Origin: a virus
Lineage: Duplodnaviria > Heunggongvirae > Uroviricota > Caudoviricetes
Length of the DNA stretch: 24,800 bases
Virus record (IMG/VR): IMGVR_UViG_2872192773_000009
Strand: one strand, 5' to 3'
Made by a program: the position numbers and the translations under genes. The notes under the pieces were generated by a model. That model had not been told where the DNA came from. It saw nothing but the letters and a program-made list of their open reading frames with translations, and ran no database searches. Shown here piece by piece: positions 8,635 to 17,133 of this stretch. Position 1 is the first letter of the stretch. Each line of letters starts with the position of its first letter.

Positions 8635-10130
8635 TATGCTGACTCCTCTGAATACTGAAGACGGAACTGGTTAACCACCGCAAAGACACGTAACTGATTA
8701 ACATAATCCGGCGGGAACAGCGTATTCAGTCGGTTCGGGTTATCTGCATCACGCTCAACTATCAGATACTGTTTAAACAGATCGTAATTTTCCACAATAC
8801 CGGCACGCTCCATCTGACGATATGTCGCCAGAAGTTCCCCTTTGATAACGGCAGGAGTGACAATCGCCTGCCCCGGACCAAAACGGGTACCATCATTTGC
8901 CAGCTTGTGACGTCCGTACTTGCTTGTGATGACCGATTTCAGTTTGCGAAGAACATATGCACTGGTATGCAGAGTTTCACTGTCCAGATAGCTGTTGTCT
9001 GCCACGCCATACGCATTCTTTTTGTAGGTGGTTACGGAACGCTGGATCTGCAACGTGCCGCCTTCCACATAAGCCGTCGCCACGCCGTGAGATAAAAGGG
9101 TCTGCTGCTCTGTCATGATGAATCGCTTACCTTTCGGTGCCGGAAGCATCCCCACCAGCTCCCCCGTCTGTGTCGGACGGGCAGGATCATTCCGGATAAA
9201 TACCGCTTCACGGGCAAGGCGACTGGCAACCAGTTCATCGACAGGCGACTGGGTTTCTTTTTCGTAACCGGCAAGCGTGATATGTTGCTGATTATGCATA
9301 TCTCCGGCACCAACCAGCTCTGACAGCGTTCCCAGTTTTGCGGTATAGACATGCCCGTATAACTGGCGCGCATAACTCCAGCGACCGCTGCTGTCATTCA
9401 TTTCGGTCATCATCATATTGATGGAGGCGGCATCGTTGAACGGCAGACCGATAAAGTCGAATGCCTCATCGCCCATAGCAGCAACAGCGGCGGTAAGATC
9501 AGGCGCTCCGCTACCGGCAGCACCGACTTCCGTCACCACCCGAAGCCCTGCTGGCAAAATCTCACCACCACCAGAACCATAATAATTCAGACAGACCGGT
9601 AACTCATTACCATACAGCCCCTTATGACGGGCAGTCAGCGTCACCACGCCTGCATCAGATGACGCCGTAAACGGCAGGGTGATAACCCCGTTTACCGCTT
9701 CCTTAATCGCGGTGGCAACCGCAGTGGCATCATCGCCATTCACCACAGGCACCTGTACACGGGAGCGCCCGACATACAGACTCAGGGTGCCGCTTTCCTC
9801 TGCTTCTCCGGCAACCGTCACCCTGACCGTCGCCGCCGCCCCTCTGGCTTCCGGTACTGCAATAACATACAGTTCACCGAAAGGATCTGTCTGACGGTAG
9901 ACTTCCACCATACGCGCCAGCTGGCTCCCCGCCCCACAAATCTGGCGGGCATAATCTGCCGATGGCATCAGCACCAGGCTGTTAACCTCAATGGCTGCAT
10001 CGTTGCTGGCATGCCCGATCAGTAATGCAGGCGCGCTGGTCACCGCTGTATTTGCCGCAGAATTGTTCATCTCGGCGTAGAACAACGGCACCAGCGTATT
10101 CGACGGAACAGTATTAAAACTTATCGTCAT
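8634..10130 (-). CDS. Phage tail sheath protein (contractile tail)
   Basis: 498 aa; size and gene order (small protein, sheath, tube, chaperone, tape measure) typical of Mu-like or myovirus tail modules. Confidence 0.8.
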   Translation of the reverse strand: MTISFNTVPSNTLVPLFYAEMNNSAANTAVTSAPALLIGHASNDAAIEVNSLVLMPSADYARQICGAGSQLARMVEVYRQTDPFGELYVIAVPEARGAAATVRVTVAGEAEESGTLSLYVGRSRVQVPVVNGDDATAVATAIKEAVNGVITLPFTASSDAGVVTLTARHKGLYGNELPVCLNYYGSGGGEILPAGLRVVTEVGAAGSGAPDLTAAVAAMGDEAFDFIGLPFNDAASINMMMTEMNDSSGRWSYARQLYGHVYTAKLGTLSELVGAGDMHNQQHITLAGYEKETQSPVDELVASRLAREAVFIRNDPARPTQTGELVGMLPAPKGKRFIMTEQQTLLSHGVATAYVEGGTLQIQRSVTTYKKNAYGVADNSYLDSETLHTSAYVLRKLKSVITSKYGRHKLANDGTRFGPGQAIVTPAVIKGELLATYRQMERAGIVENYDLFKQYLIVERDADNPNRLNTLFPPDYVNQLRVFAVVNQFRLQYSEESA

Positions 10131-10288
10131 GATTTTTTAGCCTTATCCTGTTTAACACGTACCACATCACCCGCCGCTATACGGCGGAACCAGTAGCTGC
10201 TTTCTTCCACATTTCGCCCTTCGGAAGGCAAAAGGTCTCCACGGGCAGGGTCAGGAACCGACCGCCCTTTCAGGGGTTTCACAAACAT
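10127..10288 (-). CDS. Small phage protein (53 aa) upstream of the sheath gene, DUF2635-like by position
   Basis: Manually translated: MFVKPLKGRSVPDPARGDLLPSEGRNVEESSYWFRRIAAGDVVRVKQDKAKKS. Its stop overlaps the sheath ATG (ATGA coupling). Not on the ORF track because it is under 60 aa. Confidence 0.45.
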   Translation of the reverse strand: MFVKPLKGRSVPDPARGDLLPSEGRNVEESSYWFRRIAAGDVVRVKQDKAKKS

Positions 10289-10297
10289 GAGGGACTC

Positions 10298-10638
10298 TTA
10301 ATTCTGAGGGAAACGCATTTCCAGATGGTGCTCAATGTCACCATCCGGGCCAGTACCAGGATCGATGTAATCCACATCAATACTCAGCAGGGATAAATCC
10401 GGCAGGGCATTCACGTCCTCTGCCTGTCGCGTGTCTTCTTCCGTGATTTCATACTTCGCCGTAAAATCAAACTGGTAATACAGTTCGTAACGGTTCAGAT
10501 CCAGCAGGGTGCCACCGACATAAACAATCTCGCCCCCTTGCGGGTCCGGCATCCATCCAAGCAGGGCTTTCCAGAGTTCTCTCCGGACATCATGAACGGC
10601 GTCATAGGCTGCCCACTGCCCTTTTTCATCACGCTCAT
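10298..10638 (-). pseudogene. 3' part of a phage structural gene split by IS600
   Basis: Joins in frame with 11903-12128 once IS600 and one copy of the CAT duplication are removed, restoring a 187-aa ORF. The M at 10654 on the track lies inside the IS600 end. Confidence 0.6.
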
Positions 10639-10681
10639 TGAGGTGTACTGGCAATAGCGGACACTACCATTTATTCTTTTT

Positions 10682-11500
10682 TTAAGCAGCCATCTGATGA
10701 TATTTTTCCCTGAAGGCTGCCGGGGAGATATTCCCCAGACGAGAGTGACGACGCTGACGATTGTAGAAAATCTCAATGTATTCCCGTATTACTGAGATGG
10801 CTTCATCCCGGTTATTAAAACGATAGTGGCTCAGGCTCTCATTTTTCAGCGTTCCCCAGAAGCTTTCCATCGGAGCGTTGTCGTAACAGTTACCTTTACG
10901 CGACATTGATGTTTTCAGACCAGACTGCTCCTGTATGACCCGGTAATCGTATGCGCAGTACTGTGAACCTCGATCAGAGTGGTGGATTAGCCCGGCAGGT
11001 GGGCGCTGGCTCCTGAGCGCCATAAACAGGGCTTTACCTGTCAGCTCTTTTGTCATGCGCTCTCCCATGGCGTAGCCGACAATTTCGCACGTATAAACAT
11101 CTTTGATGCCAGCGAGGTACAACCATCCCTCCTGTGTGGCAACATACGTCAGGTCCGCCACCCAGACCTGATTTGGTGCTGTAGGAGCGAACGTCTGGTT
11201 CAGCAGATTTGGCGCAACTGGCAGATTGTGGTTCGGGTTCGTAGTCGCTCTGAACTTGCGTTTCTGCTTACAGCGTAGCCTCAGCTCCTTACGAAGACAT
11301 GCCAGTCGGTCACGACCAACGATGATGCCATTCTCTGCCAGCTCCGTCTGGAGCCGCCGGGTTCCATATGTTTCGCGAGTGCGGATATGTGCCACCTTAA
11401 TCTCCAGTTTTAGCCGCTCATCACTTTGTTTTCTGTCTGAGGGTTCATGCTGTACCCAGTTGTAATAACCGCTCCTGGATACACCAAATACCTGACACAT
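10682..11500 (-). CDS. IS600 OrfB transposase
   Basis: 272-aa IS3-family DDE transposase frame (…HHSDRGSQYCAYDYR…NCYDNAPMESFWGTLK…), the IS600 sequence as I recognise it. Confidence 0.85.
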   Translation of the reverse strand: MCQVFGVSRSGYYNWVQHEPSDRKQSDERLKLEIKVAHIRTRETYGTRRLQTELAENGIIVGRDRLACLRKELRLRCKQKRKFRATTNPNHNLPVAPNLLNQTFAPTAPNQVWVADLTYVATQEGWLYLAGIKDVYTCEIVGYAMGERMTKELTGKALFMALRSQRPPAGLIHHSDRGSQYCAYDYRVIQEQSGLKTSMSRKGNCYDNAPMESFWGTLKNESLSHYRFNNRDEAISVIREYIEIFYNRQRRHSRLGNISPAAFREKYHQMAA

Positions 11501-11535
11501 CGCTTCAATGGGAAATTGTTGTCGCCATTGTTCGA

Positions 11536-11838
11536 TTAACGCGTATTTTTCAGCGACTCCTGTGCAAAATACGCTGTTGCTTTTTTTAATATATCTCGCT
11601 CAAGGCGAGCTTCATTTAACGCCTTACGCAGTTGCAGAATTTCAGATTCCAGTTCAGCCACCGTGCGGGAACCAGGAGTACCGAGCCCTTTTCTGGCGGC
11701 GGTAACCCATTGTCCTAAAGTGCCTTCAGGAAGAGATAATCGGGAAGCGCCTTCACTGATCGAAAGTTGATTTTCAAGAACCGTTCTGACAGCTTCGGCT
11801 TTGAACTCTTTAGAGTAACGTTGGGTTTTTCTGCTCAT
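11536..11838 (-). CDS. IS600 OrfA (helix-turn-helix / leucine-zipper transposase N-terminal protein)
   Basis: 100 aa MSRKTQRYSKEFKAEAVRTVLENQLSISEGASRLSLPEGTLGQWV..., typical IS3-family OrfA. Confidence 0.85.
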   Translation of the reverse strand: MSRKTQRYSKEFKAEAVRTVLENQLSISEGASRLSLPEGTLGQWVTAARKGLGTPGSRTVAELESEILQLRKALNEARLERDILKKATAYFAQESLKNTR

Positions 11839-11902
11839 TATTAGCTCCTTCTGATGCCATTCTATTTCAGGAAGGAGTGTCCGTTAAACTCAGGCTACCT
11901 CA

Positions 11903-12128
11903 CATTGCTGAGCACCACAATCACGGAGAAGCCTTCAGTCAAATCCTGCCAGTAATCGGTCTGTGATTTTTGTTCCCCCGGCGCATCGTCAGAGGGAACC
12001 ACATAGGCAGCAGGCAGGCGAAGTTTTCCGGCATCAGGGATCGCCTTAAACTGCGCCGCGCCACCAACACGCTCCTCAAAACGCGGGCATCGCTCACGCA
12101 GTGCCGCAATTATCGTTGTCAGTTTCAT
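11903..12128 (-). pseudogene. 5' part of the phage structural gene split by IS600 (tail completion or Mu gp37-like by position)
   Basis: Starts MKLTTIIAALRERCPRFEERVGGAAQFK...; its ATG overlaps the stop of the upstream gene (ATGA). The reading frame is cut by the IS600 end at 11902. Confidence 0.55.
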
Positions 12129-12649
12129 TTATGCTTCCTTTTTACCGGACGTAACGAACGCTGCAGCTCACGGGACAACAGTTCCTGCGTCCAGTGACGC
12201 CGACGCTCAATAACGTCAGCCATAAAGTTATTACGCGGGGCCAGCCGGAAAGTCGAAGAATGGTGCTTCTTCTGCCGCTTATCCTTTTTATCCATTCCAT
12301 ACGCTGAATGGCGAACGCCGTAATACAGAAACGCCGGATAATAAGGAGCACCTTCAGGAAAACGGCGATTCCCCTGCCCGTTTTTCTGGTCAGGGGAAAT
12401 TTTCACCATCAGTCCGGGGCGACGCGTCGTTTTTTTGGGAACGTAATAACCAATGGAGCGGGCCAGACGCCCGGTCTGATATCCCGGGTTCTCTCCCGGA
12501 CCGGAGCGTCCGCGTTTAATCACCAGACGTCTGGCATCACGCATGTAAACGCGCCCGATTTGCACAAACGCCCGACGCAGACGGGCGCGATTAAACTCCA
12601 GCTCCTCTGGTTGTTTAAAGTCGACGTGTAAAAATGCTGTCTGATTCAT
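12125..12649 (-). CDS. Phage head-tail joining protein (HK97 gp10-like, tentative)
   Basis: 174 aa from the ATG at 12649 (the track ORF starts further upstream at 12688). Basic protein between the head-tail adaptor and tail genes, translationally coupled on both sides. Family assignment is by position only. Confidence 0.4.
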   Translation of the reverse strand: MNQTAFLHVDFKQPEELEFNRARLRRAFVQIGRVYMRDARRLVIKRGRSGPGENPGYQTGRLARSIGYYVPKKTTRRPGLMVKISPDQKNGQGNRRFPEGAPYYPAFLYYGVRHSAYGMDKKDKRQKKHHSSTFRLAPRNNFMADVIERRRHWTQELLSRELQRSLRPVKRKHK

Positions 12650-13031
12650 GGCATTCACCCCGTCGTCGCGCTGTACGCAGTTCTTCACATTCCAGTAATA
12701 AAAAACGCCGCTGACCGTTCAGGTCACGTATTCGCCGGATCCGGTACTCTTGGCCGTAATAAACCACTTCGTGATCTGCCGTGATGTCGTGCCGGAAACG
12801 GATCGTAAAATAATGCGTAACGATATTTTCTGTCTGCACTGAGCCCTGATAAGCGGCAGCGCCTGGCTGAGCCACCTTTGCCCAGACATCAAACGACTCC
12901 GGATACGTTGGCTCCGTACCAAAATCAGCGGTGGGTTCATCCACACGAAGGCGGATCTTTATCCGGCGATTCAGCTCTCCGGGATCCGGTAAAAGGTAAG
13001 TGGCACTGGTCTGACTTTGCCTGATTTTCAT
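12615..13031 (-). CDS. Phage head-tail adaptor / head closure protein
   Basis: 138 aa from the ATG at 13031. Pattern ...RRIKIRLRV...YYGQEYRIRRIRDLNGQRRFLLLECEE resembles the head-tail joining family as I recall it. ATG overlaps the stop of the upstream connector gene. Confidence 0.55.
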   Translation of the reverse strand: MKIRQSQTSATYLLPDPGELNRRIKIRLRVDEPTADFGTEPTYPESFDVWAKVAQPGAAAYQGSVQTENIVTHYFTIRFRHDITADHEVVYYGQEYRIRRIRDLNGQRRFLLLECEELRTARRRGECHESDSIFTRRL

Positions 13032-13351
13032 AGCGGGACAATCCTGTAAGGGCCAGCAAGCCATCTGAAACTCATTGGCGTTTCCAGTTTCTCCACATCG
13101 GTAATCGTTGAGCGATTTTCATAAAAATGACTGACCAGCATCAGCATTGCCAGACGAACGTCATCAGTCAGATGCATCCCGTCAGGATCATCTTCCGGAA
13201 TCGTCTCTTCCGGTGCATACAACTTCCTGTTCAGGTATGTCTCTGTTTTTTTCTGTACCGCCTGTGCCAGCAGTTTCAGAAAATCGCCGTCACTGTACAA
13301 ACCATCATCGAGCCGGAGATGAGATTTAATCTCCTCTTCTTTCAGGAGCAT
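13028..13351 (-). CDS. Phage gp6-like head-tail connector protein
   Basis: 107 aa MLLKEEEIKSHLRLDDGLYSDGDFLKLLAQAVQ..., resembling the gp6-like connector family. AGGAGG ribosome-binding site upstream. Confidence 0.55.
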   Translation of the reverse strand: MLLKEEEIKSHLRLDDGLYSDGDFLKLLAQAVQKKTETYLNRKLYAPEETIPEDDPDGMHLTDDVRLAMLMLVSHFYENRSTITDVEKLETPMSFRWLAGPYRIVPL

Positions 13352-13441
13352 ATTTTCCTCCTGTGCCCGCGATTACGCGGGCACAAAAAACCGCATTACG
13401 CAGCGGCTTTCTGGCGGGTTGCAGCCCCAATTTTCATCAGC

Positions 13442-14317
13442 TTAATCGCCTGAGAATCCACCAGCATACCGCCGGTTCGCTTGGTGGTATAAAAACCCAC
13501 GAACGGTGTCATCTGCGTGCACCTTTCCTGCCTCCAGAACATAGTCATTCAGCGCTATATACAGAGGACGGAGTTTGTCTGCCATTTCTGATACCCAGCG
13601 CACCATGGTATTACGGCTCAGCTCCACGCCCTGTCGCGCGTATATTTCTGACTGGCGATATAAAGGGATATGTTCCATATATTTGCTGACCAGGATCCGT
13701 GCAAGTAACCCTGCACTGGCATAACCGCGTTCGATCGGTTTAGGAGGAAGTGGTGCCTGAACGATGACATCACACCGGCTACAGGCCAGTTTGGGACGTA
13801 TGGTTTCGATAACTTTAAAGGCGGTATTAATGATATCCAGTTGCTCTGAGATTGTTTCCCCCATTTCTTTCAGAACACCTCCACAGGCCGGGCAACTGGT
13901 TTCAGCAGGCAGAAGGCGATGTGTCTCCCGGGGAAGTTCTGCCGGCAGCGGTTTTCGTGAAGATTTTCGTCCCGGGAATTCAGGCTTACTGGCGATCGGG
14001 TTTTCTGACGGGGGACTGGTGTCAGGTGAATCTGTGACTGACGATGCATCTTCCAGAAGATTTCTGGCTGTGTTCAGCCGGTTTTCCAGTTCCGACAGTC
14101 GTTTTTCTGCCTGTCGGATCTGATTTTCAAGCTTATGACGCTTTTTCTCTGAACTCTGGCCGAACAACATACGACGCAACCTGTCGAGTTGCGCTTTCAG
14201 CCGTTCAATTTCCTGCTCATAGCCCGCGACCTGACAGGCATACTGTCGAAGCCGACTCTGTTGCTTACGCAACATGGCTTTAAGCAGCTCAATATCATCG
14301 GGGAGTTCATTGTTCAT
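13442..14317 (-). CDS. IS66-family transposase TnpC, 3'-truncated (ends just after the first catalytic HADDT)
   Basis: N-terminal coiled-coil and zinc-finger region (CPACGG...CSRCD) and ...GKVHADDT as in IS66 TnpC, then an unrelated tail and stop. Full TnpC is about 520 aa; 291 aa here. Confidence 0.7.
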   Translation of the reverse strand: MNNELPDDIELLKAMLRKQQSRLRQYACQVAGYEQEIERLKAQLDRLRRMLFGQSSEKKRHKLENQIRQAEKRLSELENRLNTARNLLEDASSVTDSPDTSPPSENPIASKPEFPGRKSSRKPLPAELPRETHRLLPAETSCPACGGVLKEMGETISEQLDIINTAFKVIETIRPKLACSRCDVIVQAPLPPKPIERGYASAGLLARILVSKYMEHIPLYRQSEIYARQGVELSRNTMVRWVSEMADKLRPLYIALNDYVLEAGKVHADDTVRGFLYHQANRRYAGGFSGD

Positions 14318-14664
14318 TCCCTTGTTTTATCACGGGTTATATCCGGATGCCAGGCCGTTCTGTCCGTTTGGGATGTTGCCACGCGATCCCCTCCAGTAGC
14401 ATGGATAACTGAGCTGGCGTCAGGTGCACTTTCCCTTCCCGGGTCACCGGCCAGACGTTTGGCGAACAGGCATAACCCGTCACGATCGGCCCACAGTATT
14501 TTCACCATTTTGCCACTGCGGCCCCGGAAGACGAAGATATGCCCGGAGAACGGGTCATCTTTCAGCGTGTTCTGCACCTTCGAAGCCAGGCCATTGAAGC
14601 CACAACGCATATCTGTGATGCCAGCGATGATCCAGATTTTGGTACCGGTCGGCAGCGTTATCAT
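14314..14664 (-). CDS. IS66-family TnpB (Orf2)
   Basis: 116 aa MITLPTGTKIWIIAGITDMRCGFNGLA..., the canonical IS66 Orf2 as I recognise it. Confidence 0.8.
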   Translation of the reverse strand: MITLPTGTKIWIIAGITDMRCGFNGLASKVQNTLKDDPFSGHIFVFRGRSGKMVKILWADRDGLCLFAKRLAGDPGRESAPDASSVIHATGGDRVATSQTDRTAWHPDITRDKTRE

Positions 14665-15335
14665 CGGATACCCCCTTTCATTTCGCGGATTAGCGCCCGT
14701 AACAGTTCCGGAGTGAGAGGGTCAAACAGTTTTACCACACCTGATTTAAGATGCAGCTCGCACCGTGGGACGTTTCCGGGAGCCCCCTCAGGGCGCTCAT
14801 CATGCTTGTTACGCCAGAAGGGATTTGTAACTGGTCTGGTCGGCTCCGGCGTATCAGTCAGTGCCACCGGGACAGGCATGCATTCCTGTATGTCATCATC
14901 GCTCAGTAAGCCGTCCTCGTACTGGCTTTTCCATTTAAACAGCAGGTTATCATTGATATCGTGTTCTCTGGCGATCCGGGCAACAACAGCCCCAGGCTGT
15001 AACGCCTGCTTAGCCAGACGGACCTTAAATTCACGGCTATAGCTGGTTCGCCGTTCTTTTCGCCATGAGCCTTCTCTGATTTGAGGCTCTGTTAATTCCT
15101 TCTTTCTGTTGGCATAAAGGATGGCGTCAAGTTGAGCGAATGAAACTGAATCGGGCAATGGCCATGCGATACCGGATGCAAGAAATCGCTGAAAAAGCGT
15201 ATGTATTGTGGAATGACTGAGACCCAGACGCTGAGCGATGGCCCGGATGGTCAGTTTATCTTCAAATCTTAAACGCAGGGCATCAGGCAAATAAGAACGG
15301 AAGCAGGGAATATCTTTTGTTGTCTGGGAATTCAT
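14661..15335 (-). CDS. IS66-family TnpA (Orf1, helix-turn-helix protein)
   Basis: 224-aa ORF with a helix-turn-helix segment (LTIRAIAQRLGLSHSTIHTLFQRF), immediately upstream of and overlapping tnpB. Confidence 0.65.
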   Translation of the reverse strand: MNSQTTKDIPCFRSYLPDALRLRFEDKLTIRAIAQRLGLSHSTIHTLFQRFLASGIAWPLPDSVSFAQLDAILYANRKKELTEPQIREGSWRKERRTSYSREFKVRLAKQALQPGAVVARIAREHDINDNLLFKWKSQYEDGLLSDDDIQECMPVPVALTDTPEPTRPVTNPFWRNKHDERPEGAPGNVPRCELHLKSGVVKLFDPLTPELLRALIREMKGGIR

Positions 15336-15417
15336 CGTTCGTGTCCATCAATATAGATGGGCGCGATTGTTGCCAGACAGGACAATTTTCACAAGACGTC
15401 GCTGATGGGGCGCTTAC

Positions 15418-15434
15418 CGTAATGATGGCGACAT
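15418..15434 (-). pseudogene. Stub of a signal-anchor-release (SAR) endolysin gene (first 5 codons, MSPSL plus R), disrupted by the IS66-family element
   Basis: ATG overlaps the holin stop (TAATG). Encoded MSPSLR resembles the N-terminus of phage-21 R21 endolysin (MPPSLRK) as I recall it. The frame is interrupted by the IS end within codon 6. Confidence 0.45.
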
Positions 15435-15649
15435 TATTCACCTCTCGCAGCCTTACGCTTGTCTTCTCTGATTTTGAAGTACAGATTTGTCAGATAAGTC
15501 AGGAAGCCCAGAACCAGACTCCCCAGTACACCAATCGCAGCCCACTGTGACGGACTGACCTGATCAAGCCACTGTAAAAACCAGTAGCCAGCACTGCCTG
15601 CGGAGGTGCCGTAGGCAATGCCCGTTGAAATTTTGTCCATGGATTTCAT
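15434..15649 (-). CDS. Phage holin, S21-like class II pinholin
   Basis: 71 aa [71 protein letters not shown]; two transmembrane segments. Matches the phage-21 S / DLP12 EssD family as I recall it. Confidence 0.8.
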   Translation of the reverse strand: MKSMDKISTGIAYGTSAGSAGYWFLQWLDQVSPSQWAAIGVLGSLVLGFLTYLTNLYFKIREDKRKAARGE

Positions 15650-15941
15650 AGCCTCACCTCCGCAAATAACGGATGGCGTAGTTTTACACTGAGAAATGAA
15701 AGGGATTTGAAAAGAAAAAACCGCAAAAGCGGGCGAAACGATATATACAGTAAGGAAAGCACTCTATCCAACAAACCACTCACAGTTAATCGGAATAAAA
15801 GCAGAGTGCTTATGAATGATCGCCTGCCCGAAGGTTAGTATTTCTGCACAGCAATTTTGCAAAAAAAAGCGATCATTCATAACTTAAACGTCTTTCAGTC
15901 ACTCCGGGATTTCCCATCATCGCAGACTGAAAGACTCTGAC

Positions 15942-16016
<75 letters not shown>

Positions 16017-16019
16017 ATA

Positions 16020-16095
<76 letters not shown>

Positions 16096-16097
16096 AC

Positions 16098-16174
16098 TGG
16101 ACCGCCACCGGGGACTCGAACCTCGCACACTCAACTTAAAGGGTTGACGCTCTTTCCTGATGAGCTAGTGGCGG
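16098..16174 (-). tRNA. tRNA-like gene, nominal anticodon UUU (Lys) with atypical C33; possibly degenerate
   Basis: 77 nt CCGCCACTAGCTCATCAGGAAAGAGCGTCAACCCTTTAAGTTGAGTGTGCGAGGTTCGAGTCCCCGGTGGCGGTCCA. Perfect acceptor (C1-G72), D and anticodon stems; TTCGAGT T-loop; anticodon loop CCUUUAA; A.C mismatch in the T-stem. Confidence 0.45.
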
Positions 16175-16175
16175 T

Positions 16176-16251
16176 TGGTGGCCCTTGCTGGATTTGAACC
16201 AGCGACCTGGCGATTATGAGTCGCTCGCTCTCACCACTGAGCTAAAGGGCC
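16176..16251 (-). tRNA. tRNA with CAU anticodon, ileX/ileZ-like (tRNA-Ile2, or elongator Met)
   Basis: 76 nt GGCCCTTTAGCTCAGTGGTGAGAGCGAGCGACTCATAATCGCCAGGTCGCTGGTTCAAATCCAGCAAGGGCCACCA; close to E. coli ileX as I recall it. Confidence 0.7.
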
Positions 16252-16355
16252 GGGCGCAGGATAATAACGTTACGAAATCAATGTTGCAAGCATTCAAAAA
16301 TCACCCTTATCTCCTCCACCAGCGCATTCACCATGTCTATCCGAGATAAGTGGCA

Positions 16356-16380
16356 CAAAAAACCCGCTTGTGGGCGGGTT
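16356..16380 (-). terminator. tR'-like intrinsic terminator downstream of the late promoter (stem-loop works in both orientations)
   Basis: Minus strand: cccgc-ccacaa-gcggg followed by TTTTTT, about 65 nt downstream of the predicted late promoter, as for lambdoid pR'/tR' short transcripts. Confidence 0.55.
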
Positions 16381-16432
16381 TTGTTTGCTTTTGCCATCAC
16401 GTACAAAATCGGCAAAGTATCAGATTTGCATG

Positions 16433-16461
16433 AATATATGCCTTTCAATCTACTTTTGCAA
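16433..16461 (-). promoter_or_regulatory. pR'-like sigma-70 late promoter (-35 TTGCAA, 17-bp spacer, -10 TATATT) overlapping the end of the Q-like gene
   Basis: Read from the minus strand: ttgcaa aagtagattgaaaggca tatatt; position matches lambdoid late promoters just after Q. Confidence 0.45.
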
Positions 16462-17133
16462 CACTTTGCTTTGAAAATGCCGTCTTTTTTTTGAACGTGT
16501 TCTCATTACAAACAATAAAGCCTCACTATCCAGTCGGTGAAAAATGTGTTTCATTGCAACCCAGTGACGAGTAAATGTTTTGGACCAGTTTTTAGTTGTC
16601 ACTCCCGCCAGTAATGCCAGCTCCTGGTATTCATAACCTTCCCCACCAAAAAGTTCTGCTTTTACTGCCTGCGCCGCCAGCCAGATTAATTTTTTCAGGC
16701 GTTCCTGCGTTTTCCCTGCAATTTTTCTGGTACCGGATTGAGCATTAAATTCATTCCACGCCCACTGTGTTATCGCGATCTGATATTCCCAACAAATACT
16801 CCCGCTGTAACACCACAACAACCAGGCTTTATAGTGCTCTTCAAGAGACAGAACAGCCCGCCGCCACGATGATGTCGAAAACTCAACCGGACTGACCAGA
16901 GGAATTGACGTCCCCTTCGCCAGCGATTGCTTTCCCGGGATTGGTGGATTATCCCGCGTTATCATTTTTCCAGTCACTTCATCGCGGTACCGGATTTTTT
17001 TACGCCTGTAACGCCCTGTATCGAACATGGCATTCTCTTGCCAGGCTTCAAGCTGACCTTTTGTTGCCCCACTCAAATCAGCGGTGGCGATAATGAGCTG
17101 CTCACGCACAAACTGTAAATACTGGTTATTCAT
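16450..17133 (-). CDS. Putative late-gene antiterminator (Q-like; same position as Qin ydfT/quuQ)
   Basis: 227 aa from the ATG at 17133, which overlaps the rusA stop (ATGA). Assigned mainly by position: directly upstream of the late promoter, terminator, tRNAs and holin, and downstream of rusA. No sequence-level recognition claimed. Confidence 0.45.
   Translation of the reverse strand: MNNQYLQFVREQLIIATADLSGATKGQLEAWQENAMFDTGRYRRKKIRYRDEVTGKMITRDNPPIPGKQSLAKGTSIPLVSPVEFSTSSWRRAVLSLEEHYKAWLLWCYSGSICWEYQIAITQWAWNEFNAQSGTRKIAGKTQERLKKLIWLAAQAVKAELFGGEGYEYQELALLAGVTTKNWSKTFTRHWVAMKHIFHRLDSEALLFVMRTRSKKRRHFQSKVLQK

Larger units (their letters stand above)
10639..11902 (-). mobile_element. IS600 (IS3 family), complete 1264-bp copy flanked by a 3-bp direct repeat CAT
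   Basis: Ends TGAGGTGTACTGGCAATAGCGG... and ...CCGTTAAACTCAGGCTACCTCA (imperfect inverted repeats, TG...CA termini). orfA and orfB present. CAT at 10636-10638 and 11903-11905. Confidence 0.85.
13500..15417 (-). mobile_element. IS66-family element, truncated at the tnpC-distal end; intact inverted repeat at 15417. Left boundary approximate
   Basis: Three-ORF IS66 organisation (tnpA 14661-15335, tnpB 14314-14664, tnpC 13442-14317, each overlapping the next). Terminal GTAAGCGCCCCATCAGCGACG... on the element strand ends at 15417. No matching inverted repeat was found at the other side. Confidence 0.7.

Noticed and set aside
13352-13504. Possible C-terminal fragment of a capsid gene (38-codon frame MTPFVGFYTTKRTGG...)
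   Set aside because: It could equally be frameshifted residual IS66 tnpC sequence; it is too short and ambiguous to call.
13127-14716. Plus-strand ORFs of 60-175 aa across the connector gene and IS66 tnpC/tnpB
   Set aside because: Antisense to recognisable connector and IS66 transposase genes; no ribosome-binding sites or family resemblance.
15650-15941. Shiga toxin genes between the tRNAs and the holin
   Set aside because: The interval is only about 290 bp and has no ORF longer than about 38 codons; no stxA or stxB.
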